Assembly (NCBI GenBank): GCA_028696515.1
Contig: JAQVGX010000002.1
Span: forward strand, 1-44,830
Direction of reading: 5' to 3'
DNA length: 44,830 nucleotides
Source: Candidatus Dojkabacteria bacterium
GTDB lineage: Bacteria; Patescibacteriota; Dojkabacteria; JAHIVN01
Shown one piece after another: positions 16,113 through 25,092 of the stretch. The notes under the pieces were generated by a model, which saw only the letters and a list, made by a program, of their open reading frames with translations, did not search any database and was not told the origin of the DNA. The first letter of the stretch is position 1; each line of letters begins with the position of its first letter. Both the position numbers and the translations under genes were made by a program.

Positions 16113-17306
16113 TTATTCAAATATTTTGCCAATACCCAGTATATCAATACCTATAAAATTTAAAAGGATAGGGAGCATTATACCAAAGGCGATGGCAATG
16201 ACAGCACTAGTAACTATCCCTCTCGCCTCCTTCATCTTTTCCGGGTCATCTGTGTTTATCATATAGCCTGCCTGTATAAACCTGACAACCGAGAGACCCG
16301 TAACAATACCTACAAAAACCCTCATTACAGCAACCACAATACCGTTATCACTTGGTGTAATACAGCCGACTTCAGTCCAAAGATTTCCTGTATAAGTTTC
16401 CGAACAATCATCCTCCCCATCATCTCCCGCTGGACAACTACAATCGGGATTCCCGCAAACACAATTGCAGCAATCAGTCAAATTCGAACCTGTCTCATCA
16501 CCGCAGATTTCTTTACAGGATGGATCTTTTGGGGTCTGCGAAACATCTGGATTGCCTACATTCGAACAGTCTGTTCCGACTGGAGGACCATTGATATGAG
16601 ATGTCCACTTCGGATTAGCATGAGCTGGTCCTCCCAATAACATTTCAACTTCAACTGAGTGAGGCCCAGGATCCAGATTTATCGGAATAGTTTCTTGTCC
16701 CGTCCCGAAACCATACCCTGTCCAATATGGATCTCCATTCCCATCTACAGTTAGTGTGTATACAACCTTTTTAAAGACAGTTCCCGACCACCTAAACTCA
16801 ATATTTCCTAGACACCCATTCTTAAGAGTAATTTTACAATCCTCATCAACACTACTCACTGACAAGATATGTGAATAACCGTTTACGTTAGGCCCAAAGG
16901 GAGTACCATTTGTAAGCCAAGTATAACAGTCAGAGTTACCGGTTCTTTTAACAAAGATTTTTCTATCCTCAAAAGCAGGCATTCCCCTCCAGTAACTCGA
17001 CAGATTGTAAGTAACAACATCTGTTTGCGCGGGATCTTCATCAATAAATTTTACAGCTTTTGACCATGCGGAAATTTCACCAAAATACACAAATCCTTCA
17101 ACATTTACTTTATCCCCCCCAGTCCCGATTGTGTTATTCTTTATAGTAAGTATATCGGTTGCTGTATCGTAATCACAATCCCCATCCCTCACTATCGCAG
17201 CCATCGTTTTGTTCAGAGTTCCTAACCCAAATAAAAACATAGCTCCGACAAACACGGATCCCGCTGCAAAAAGTTTGATTTTCCTATACTTATTGTTCTC
17301 TTTCAT
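16113..17306 (-). CDS. VirB2/TrbC-like pilin-module protein, paralog P5, with a large N-terminal ectodomain and a Cys-rich linker
   Basis: 397 aa with a signal/TM segment (LFAAGSVFVGAMFLFGLGTL) and a ~250-aa beta-rich region. Next come 11 Cys in about 70 aa (CSNVGNPDVSQTPKDPSCKEICGDETGSNLTDCCNCVCGNPDCSCPAGDDGEDDCSETYTGNLWTEVGC). The module reads ..VAVMRVFVGIVTGLSVVRFIQAGYMINTDDPEKMKEARGIVTSAVIAIAFGIMLPILLNFIGIDILGIGKIFE. Confidence 0.65.
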   Translation of the reverse strand: MKENNKYRKIKLFAAGSVFVGAMFLFGLGTLNKTMAAIVRDGDCDYDTATDILTIKNNTIGTGGDKVNVEGFVYFGEISAWSKAVKFIDEDPAQTDVVTYNLSSYWRGMPAFEDRKIFVKRTGNSDCYTWLTNGTPFGPNVNGYSHILSVSSVDEDCKITLKNGCLGNIEFRWSGTVFKKVVYTLTVDGNGDPYWTGYGFGTGQETIPINLDPGPHSVEVEMLLGGPAHANPKWTSHINGPPVGTDCSNVGNPDVSQTPKDPSCKEICGDETGSNLTDCCNCVCGNPDCSCPAGDDGEDDCSETYTGNLWTEVGCITPSDNGIVVAVMRVFVGIVTGLSVVRFIQAGYMINTDDPEKMKEARGIVTSAVIAIAFGIMLPILLNFIGIDILGIGKIFE

Positions 17307-17350
17307 AGAAGAAATTTACCATGTAAACTCCTTAACCATAACTATAACGT

Positions 17351-17450
17351 ACCCACCCACGCTCCTCCTCCTCGCCTCTCCCCGTACAATCATATCCGCA
17401 ACTTTATTCTCAACCTCTTTTCGAACTATATAGTGCACATCTCAAGCGCC
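17351..17450 (-). pseudogene. Relic duplicate of the 3' end of the clp-like gene
   Basis: 17383..17417 is identical over 35 nt to 18028..18062 (cgtacaatcatatccgcaactttattctcaacctc). Flanking similarity extends to about 17351..17450 versus 18001..18093. The relic translates to ..VENKVADMIVRGEARRRS.., against VENKVADMIVRGEVRSGG in the live gene, and has a stop and a 2-nt indel upstream. Confidence 0.8.
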
Positions 17451-17484
17451 AATCTTTTTTCTTCAGGATTTAACAACCCTACCT

Positions 17485-17706
17485 TCAAGGCCTCTCTGAA
17501 ACACTTTTCAGGGGAATTACAAGCAATCCCTCCTGAACCTCTAAATATCCCTTCAGACTCTTCCAACAAATTTCCACACAGTAATCAAATCTTTGGATAG
17601 AAGCGTCACGTATAACATCTAAATCATCTTCCTTGCCCAATACTTCTTGAAAAGAAGTTAGGGCTTTTCTGAGCCGAACTAATTGTGCAGTTAGCTTCTC
17701 ATCCAT
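17485..17706 (-). pseudogene. Truncated HepT-like (HI0074/NTase substrate-binding family) toxin gene remnant
   Basis: 73-aa ORF ..RKALTSFQEVL...DVIRDASIQRFDYCVEICWKSLKGYLEVQEG matches the N-terminal half of the family (IqRFEf..E..WK.lK.yL). The expected RxxxH-containing C-half is missing. A frameshifted continuation (VFQRGLEG..) ends at the duplication boundary. Confidence 0.6.
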
Positions 17707-17753
17707 TGCCTAACTATATCTTTAAATATAACACCTTCTTCATGGCTATTTTT

Positions 17754-17963
17754 TTAAACTCCTTGCTCACCTGATTCATCATAACCACATCTGCCCTCAA
17801 ATGGCAAAGTTGAATCTTCAAGGGCTTCTTTCAATGCAGATACTTTATCACAATCTAACATCTTCCCCTTATGGGTTTCCACCCCAATATCAAAATCAGA
17901 ACCTTGCTTTTCAATACCTAGTGCCCTAGACCCATGTAATCCAATACCAGTTTCTTTACTTAA
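17754..17963 (-). pseudogene. Minimal nucleotidyltransferase (MNT-like antitoxin) gene remnant, lacking a start and frameshifted
   Basis: The minus-strand frame gives ..GLHGSRALGIEKQGSDFDIGVETHKGK...LKEALEDSTLPFEGRCGYDE*, carrying the GS-x-RG...SD-x-D NTase signature. A 1-nt shift restores the typical ending ..ADVVMMNQVSKEFKKIAMKKVLYLKI*. No in-frame start codon follows the upstream stop. Confidence 0.6.
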
Positions 17964-17990
17964 TCAAGTTCTCGATTCATTATACCCTCG

Positions 17991-20546
17991 TCATAAATTA
18001 ACCTCTCCCCCGCTACGTACCTCTCCACGTACAATCATATCCGCAACTTTATTCTCAACCTCATCTTGAACTATTCGACGCATCTCACGTGCCCCGAATA
18101 CTGGATTATACCCTAAAGTTGCTAGTCTCTCCAAGAGCTCATCAGCATAACTCAGTTTAATACCTTTGTCCAAAAGTTTCAAGCGAGTATGTTCGACAAA
18201 TTTTCTCGCAACGAGCTTTACTTCCTCTTTTGTAAGAGGTCTAAACATAATTACCTTATCATACCTATTTAAAAATTCTATCCTAAATACCTTTTTTAGC
18301 TGTTCGAGACCCGCTGTGTTTACTTCTTCATAAGACTTTCCTTGCTCAATAAGTTCAGCAATCTTCGATGAGCCGGCATTTGATGTAGCTATGATTATCG
18401 TATTTGAGAAATCTACTTTCCTCCCTAACCCGTCATCAAGATAACCCTCATCGAGCACCTGCAAAAATAAATCTAGAACCTTTGGATTTGCTTTATCAAT
18501 CTCATCAAGAAGTACAAGGGAGAATGGATTTGTATGGACAGGCTCAGTCAAAAACCCTCCTTCAAACGCGCCGTTATCTGAAGTAAATCCGATTAATCTA
18601 TTCAAGTTTTCCTCTTCATGATATTCACTCATGTCAATCCTAACCATACGCTCTTCGCTGCCATAATACACATCTGCTACTGTTTTTGCCACTTCAGTTT
18701 TTCCTACTCCTGTAGGTCCGTAGAAAAGAAAAGATGCTATTGGTCTTCCTGAAGAATTCAACCCGGAGCGAGCTCGTCTAAGAGCACCGCTAACTGATTC
18801 TATTGCCTCATTCTGGCCGACAACTCTTTGGTGCATCTCCTTCTCGAGTCTTGATAACTTTTTAGATTCCTCTTGAGTTATAGATCCTAATGATACTCCT
18901 ACTTTTGAGGAAACTACTTTGGCAACTTCGTCATATTCTAAAGGTTTTTTACCTGCAAGATGTTTGAAACTGACAACTGTTTCCTTGATGATATCGATAG
19001 CTTTATCCGGGAGTACTCTATCATAAGCAAATTTGTGCGAGAGTTCAACCGCTGCTTTGATCGCCCCATAACCAACCTTTACATTGTATTCGTTCTCTAT
19101 CCCGGGCACCTCATCCATGACTATCTGCATTGCGATTTCGTCACTTGGCTCTTCCATCCGTACTTGAGCGAACATACCCGCCAGCGCTCTATGGGGCCTG
19201 ATAAATCTTGCTAACTGACTGCTGTCCGTAGTCGCAATCATCCGAAAAGTAAAGGTATCAAAAGCATCGACAATTATATTTGCTATCTCACCAGAGATTT
19301 CAGATCGCAGATTCAACATCTGGTTAACATTGTCTAAAACAAGTACAACATTCTTCGACTGCGACACTTCCTCAAATACATTATGAAGAACTTGCTTAAA
19401 TGCTTCAATGTTTTCAGCTCCCGAAAAGGCCTTATTGAAGTCGAAGCCAACAAGACGCATATCCTGGAGCTTAGGAGGCACATCCTCGACTACCATTCTT
19501 ATCGCTAAACTTTTGATCAGAGTCGTTTTTCCTACTCCCGGCTCACCAACAACAAGAACAGCACTCTTTTCTCCTTTTTCTAGAATATTCACCATATGAT
19601 CCAGCTCAATCTCTCGTGCAATTGAGACCTTAAACCCCCCTTTTATCACTTCCTGTGTAAAATCCCGCGCATGTTGATTCAGAGTTGGTGTAAATCTTGA
19701 TGTGTATGCTCGATTGACGGTTGATTTTGGTTTTATGCTTACTCTGCTCTTCCAGTCTTCAACATACTTATTTTTCCTCGCTTCATTACGTAGCCATACC
19801 CTTATTCCTACAAGATCTTTCTCCAAAACCTGCAGACTAAGCAGCTGATCCTTCAGAAATTCCTCCAGGAATATATACATTACAGCTTCCTCGCTCAAAT
19901 ACTTCATACCAACCTCATACGCAAAGATGAAGCTTTTCCTGAGTATCTGTTCGATAATTTTATCCTTTTCCTTCAAAGATCTCTCTTCCAGCAGATTTAC
20001 ATTTAGATTCCCGGGAATGAGGCCCATTCTGGCTAGCAATGCTTGAGGTCGTGACAGCTTCATAAGCTTATCGAAAAGTTCAGCTAAGTAATTTGTAACA
20101 TTGACATTTATGATGTAATCAAAAAGCCAGATAGAGTTATGATTCATATAGTCAACAATTTCTAAACGATCGATGCTTTTTCCTTTTAGAACCCTCCTTG
20201 TGAGCTTGTAGAAATTGTATTTACGCCTCTCATCCAGAAAGTTCTCCCTATTTCTGAGCAAGTAAAGAGCGTAAATAAAAACAAATGAAAAAAACCAAAA
20301 AAGAGTTCCAGAAAAACCATTCGGCAGAACTATATTACCTAAGCCTTTATTCTGAAGAATCTCTGAAAACACGATCCCCAGCTCAACTACTATTGACAAC
20401 CATAGTAAAACACGTCCGACAACAACTTGAAGCACGTTTTCAACCTTTCGGACTCCCTTTCCCTTCTTTAGATACGTCCAATCAATTGAAGCTTTTAACA
20501 AAGCTTTTTTCAAATCATCGTTGTATTGTCCTTCATCTACCGGCAT
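17991..20546 (-). CDS. ClpB/ClpC-like double-AAA+ ATPase with an N-terminal membrane anchor in place of a Clp_N domain
   Basis: 851 aa with two N-terminal hydrophobic helices (VVVGRVLLWLSIVVELGIVF; TLFWFFSFVFIYALYLL). D1 Walker A is VVGEPGVGKTTL, and the D1 Walker B position reads VVLVLDNVNQ (DN rather than DE). D2 has LFYGPTGVGKTEVAK and SLVLLDEIDKANPKVLDLFLQVLDEG. The Clp D2-small region is ..FLNRYDKVIMFRPL.., and the gene ends in TGA. Confidence 0.8.
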   Translation of the reverse strand: MPVDEGQYNDDLKKALLKASIDWTYLKKGKGVRKVENVLQVVVGRVLLWLSIVVELGIVFSEILQNKGLGNIVLPNGFSGTLFWFFSFVFIYALYLLRNRENFLDERRKYNFYKLTRRVLKGKSIDRLEIVDYMNHNSIWLFDYIINVNVTNYLAELFDKLMKLSRPQALLARMGLIPGNLNVNLLEERSLKEKDKIIEQILRKSFIFAYEVGMKYLSEEAVMYIFLEEFLKDQLLSLQVLEKDLVGIRVWLRNEARKNKYVEDWKSRVSIKPKSTVNRAYTSRFTPTLNQHARDFTQEVIKGGFKVSIAREIELDHMVNILEKGEKSAVLVVGEPGVGKTTLIKSLAIRMVVEDVPPKLQDMRLVGFDFNKAFSGAENIEAFKQVLHNVFEEVSQSKNVVLVLDNVNQMLNLRSEISGEIANIIVDAFDTFTFRMIATTDSSQLARFIRPHRALAGMFAQVRMEEPSDEIAMQIVMDEVPGIENEYNVKVGYGAIKAAVELSHKFAYDRVLPDKAIDIIKETVVSFKHLAGKKPLEYDEVAKVVSSKVGVSLGSITQEESKKLSRLEKEMHQRVVGQNEAIESVSGALRRARSGLNSSGRPIASFLFYGPTGVGKTEVAKTVADVYYGSEERMVRIDMSEYHEEENLNRLIGFTSDNGAFEGGFLTEPVHTNPFSLVLLDEIDKANPKVLDLFLQVLDEGYLDDGLGRKVDFSNTIIIATSNAGSSKIAELIEQGKSYEEVNTAGLEQLKKVFRIEFLNRYDKVIMFRPLTKEEVKLVARKFVEHTRLKLLDKGIKLSYADELLERLATLGYNPVFGAREMRRIVQDEVENKVADMIVRGEVRSGGEVNL

Positions 20547-20555
20547 TGAAACTCT

Positions 20556-20876
20556 CTAAATAAAAACAAGAATAAACTGATAAATGCACACTATAGGTAA
20601 TACCAACCAAATTAGAATGATAAGTACAGATGGAATAGTGACGAAAATTTGAATCAGTGTACCCCCGAAAACCCACCCCAGTCGTAAGAAGATGCTTACT
20701 ACTCTTCCGGTAATGCTCTGATCTCTAAACATGGGAACAAATAAGTTACTTAACATAGCAAGAATGTTAAGATTTGCGAGAGTCAAGCTCCAAAACGAGT
20801 ATACAGATTGAAGAACTTCACGGAGTCTCGCTCCGTACCACCAAACCCAAAAGTTGATCAAGTACTTCTTTATCAT
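20556..20876 (-). CDS. Small multi-TM membrane protein (hypothetical), directly upstream of the clp-like gene
   Basis: The ORF track begins at a TTG at 20894. The ATG at 20876 (MIKKYLINFWVWWYG..) is more plausible. There are three hydrophobic helices and a 9-nt gap to the clp-like start. Confidence 0.45.
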   Translation of the reverse strand: MIKKYLINFWVWWYGARLREVLQSVYSFWSLTLANLNILAMLSNLFVPMFRDQSITGRVVSIFLRLGWVFGGTLIQIFVTIPSVLIILIWLVLPIVCIYQFILVFI

Positions 20877-20916
20877 TTTGAATGCTCTATACAAGGGATT
20901 TTACCAGATCAATTTG

Positions 20917-20945
20917 AAAAGAAAAAGGCCTCGTGAACGAGGCCT
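20917..20945 (-). terminator. Intrinsic terminator downstream of groEL
   Basis: The minus strand reads AGGCCTCG-TTCA-CGAGGCCT (a perfect 8-bp GC-rich stem, 20926..20945), followed by TTTTTCTTTT, 25 nt after the groEL stop. Confidence 0.75.
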
Positions 20946-20969
20946 TTAACTTTTTTTCCTTATTCAAAA

Positions 20970-22607
<1,638 letters not shown>

Positions 22608-22653
22608 TTATAATTAATAAATTAAATCAACAAACTATACATTCTCAAATTGA

Positions 22654-22956
22654 TTATTTAAGCACTGCAAGAATATCTTCTTCTGTCATGATAAGATACT
22701 CCTTGTCTTCTATCTCCATTTCATCAGGAGAATACTTCTTGAAAATAACAATGTCACCGATCTTTACATTGAAAGGAACTTTTTTCCCATCATCGGTAAC
22801 TTTTCCTGTACCCAATGCTACTACTTTCCCCTTTTGCGGTTTTTCCTTATCAACTGTATCTGGAAGCACGATTCCTGATGCAGTTTTAGATTCCTCTGAG
22901 ACAGGCTCCACCAGAATATTCGCCCCCAGCGGAGTTACTTTTGTTTTAGCAGACAT
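22654..22956 (-). CDS. groS: Co-chaperonin GroES
   Basis: 100 aa: KVTPLGANILVEPV..ESKTASGIVLPDT..KEKPQKGKVVALGTG...VKIGDIVIFKKYS. It lies 49 nt upstream of groEL. Confidence 0.95.
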   Translation of the reverse strand: MSAKTKVTPLGANILVEPVSEESKTASGIVLPDTVDKEKPQKGKVVALGTGKVTDDGKKVPFNVKIGDIVIFKKYSPDEMEIEDKEYLIMTEEDILAVLK

Positions 22957-22995
22957 ATTATCTATAAATAAAATGTAAAATAATACTTTGAAGGT

Positions 22996-23022
22996 TTGGC
23001 AGTTTAAGTCAGTGTTTGCTAA
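22996..23022 (-). promoter_or_regulatory. CIRCE-like inverted repeat (putative HrcA operator)
   Basis: The minus strand reads TTAGCAAAC-ACTGACTTA-AACTGCCAA, against the consensus TTAGCACTC-N9-GAGTGCTAA. The match is 7/9 plus 6/9 with exact 9-9-9 spacing (TTAGCA-N15-TGCCAA). It sits between the -10 box and the groES start. Confidence 0.45.
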
Positions 23023-23030
23023 CGGCCAAA

Positions 23031-23059
23031 ATTTTAACTAACTCGCCTCACAATGTCAA
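23031..23059 (-). promoter_or_regulatory. Sigma70-type promoter of groES-groEL
   Basis: On the minus strand: TTGACA (23059..23054), a 17-nt spacer, then TAAAAT (23036..23031). The CIRCE-like element starts 8 nt downstream. Confidence 0.6.
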
Positions 23060-23168
23060 GTCTTTCTGAAGATCGAAGTTCCGGGGTTTTTTGTCCTAAG
23101 AATATTGCAAAGCTAGTATAAAAGCTATCATTAATTAAAATTTAACAAAAAGTACTGCCTGGAAAATA

Positions 23169-25040
23169 TTACACCTTCTCGATAGTTACCTCTATTCTTG
23201 CAACAGAACTCGGAAAATGTTTTAGAAACCCAGGGAGATAAGCCGGCTCAATTGCTATCTCATACACCTGAACCCCATCTAGTGAATCCAAATATTCCCT
23301 TGCTTTCTTTTCACTTTGGTTTGAAAGTCTATCTTTTAGTTCATCTTCATTTACGCTAGGTGTTACAACTCCAGTAATCTTCAAATCTATTGTTATCTTT
23401 TCTCCTGAACTTTCCTTTACCTTGGCTTCATACTCAAATTCTTCTACATCTACGTTTTGAGAATTTTCTTTCTCAACTAAAACTTCGGCGACTTGATCTA
23501 TATCTTCCTTGCTAAAAGATAACGCAGTTGCTTTCATAGTAACACTCAGGGTGAAATTATCTGCCTCGGCATCTACTCCCGGAGAAGGGGCCTCGTTTAT
23601 GACTTTATACTTAATTGTATCTTCCAGTAGCTCTCTACCTACGCCTGCCTCCTCTTTCATACTTGCGCGAAGATCTTCCTTTAGACTAGCAACTAGTGAT
23701 TTCTTGAGCCCGTCATAATCCTTCTGTGACACATATCTTACTTCCTCAGTTGTTCCTCCTGTTATGTTGTTAAAATTCTTGCCATAAACCTGTTCTACAT
23801 CAAACCCGGCTACACGGAAATCCTTTTTATCAGTAATATTATATTCTTCACCGAACTCTGTTGCTGTAATCCCGACATCAACAGTTCCATACGTTATCCC
23901 AAAATCTCCAGACTCTGTTGCGTCTATCGTAACATCAGTATTCATAGTATACTTTAGTCCCGTCTCGACAGCTTCGACTACTGTACCTGAGGTGATTTTT
24001 ACTTCATCATCAGTAAGATTGAAAAGCGATATTTGTCCGCTCGCAATTTCTCCAGTCTTTTTCTTCTCGGTTGTGTCAGCACTGTCAGAACGATCTCTTG
24101 TAACTTCAAGAAGGGTTGCAGGAATAGTAAGAGATTCAATATCTAAAGAATTTACACTTGTATCGGCAATTACTTCTTTTTGAATTTCGATATCCTGACT
24201 CTCTACCTTTATGATAACTTGGGCCTTTGGAAACACAAAATAGGATAGTCCAAAGAATACAATGATAACAGCCACAACAGCAATCAAGATCTTCTTATTT
24301 CCGCCAATGAATAATTTTGATTTGATACTTTCAAATACTCCTCCGATTGCCTTTAATGAGTCCCGTCCCTCCGGTTTTGGAGTTTTTGAAACAGATGAAG
24401 CCTTCGAGTATTTATAGGCACTCATATCTTTTCCGACAAGCCGGTTTTCCTTCACAGACAGGCTTTCATCTTCCGGTTCTAAATCTCCTATTTTATCTTC
24501 GCTAATTTCTTTTTCGGCTTCATATCCTTGCTCATCAATATCTTCTGCTTCTGCAAATTTTGCTATATCTCCACCAGAAACCATTTCAAAACCGTCAATA
24601 TTAACTTTCTTTGGTTCAAGCTTCCCTATCAAGGGTTTTTCAACAGGAGAAGGAATAACTTCTTTTGTTTCATCAACTATTGGCCTTTCATTTCTTTCAT
24701 CTACAAGAGCATCCTTCCTATCTTCAAGTTGATTCTTATATTCCCGGATACTTGCTTCAGCCTGTTCCCACTGTTTTTCTGAAATATCATTTACTACATC
24801 CACTACTATAAAATTTGCCTTTTGGGCAAGTTTTTTTCCTACAGTATCCTTTGTGACAATTATTGCTCTCTTCCCAGTTTTTGACACTTCCGAAAACAAC
24901 AACTTAAGGCTCACACTGCTGCCAAGTACAGCTGCCCTTTCTGGAACAACTAAGATCACCCTGTCATCCTCGACTTTTTTAAGTCTTTCGATGATAAAGA
25001 TCAGCTCTTCGTCTAAGTCGATAAAAATTTTCTCAGCCAC
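23169..25040 (-). CDS. Hypothetical single-pass membrane protein (623 aa)
   Basis: Cytoplasmic N-domain (IFIDLDEELIFIIERLKKVEDDRVILVVPERAAVL..), an acidic linker, a TM helix (KKILIAVVAVIIVFFGLSYFVF), and a ~350-aa beta-rich extracytoplasmic region. It is co-directional with, and 52 nt downstream of, the FtsA/PilM-like gene. No family assigned. Confidence 0.5.
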   Translation of the reverse strand: MAEKIFIDLDEELIFIIERLKKVEDDRVILVVPERAAVLGSSVSLKLLFSEVSKTGKRAIIVTKDTVGKKLAQKANFIVVDVVNDISEKQWEQAEASIREYKNQLEDRKDALVDERNERPIVDETKEVIPSPVEKPLIGKLEPKKVNIDGFEMVSGGDIAKFAEAEDIDEQGYEAEKEISEDKIGDLEPEDESLSVKENRLVGKDMSAYKYSKASSVSKTPKPEGRDSLKAIGGVFESIKSKLFIGGNKKILIAVVAVIIVFFGLSYFVFPKAQVIIKVESQDIEIQKEVIADTSVNSLDIESLTIPATLLEVTRDRSDSADTTEKKKTGEIASGQISLFNLTDDEVKITSGTVVEAVETGLKYTMNTDVTIDATESGDFGITYGTVDVGITATEFGEEYNITDKKDFRVAGFDVEQVYGKNFNNITGGTTEEVRYVSQKDYDGLKKSLVASLKEDLRASMKEEAGVGRELLEDTIKYKVINEAPSPGVDAEADNFTLSVTMKATALSFSKEDIDQVAEVLVEKENSQNVDVEEFEYEAKVKESSGEKITIDLKITGVVTPSVNEDELKDRLSNQSEKKAREYLDSLDGVQVYEIAIEPAYLPGFLKHFPSSVARIEVTIEKV

Positions 25041-25092
25041 AGTTATACAAACATATTTAACAATTAAACAACGTAACTTAAAGATTCAAATA

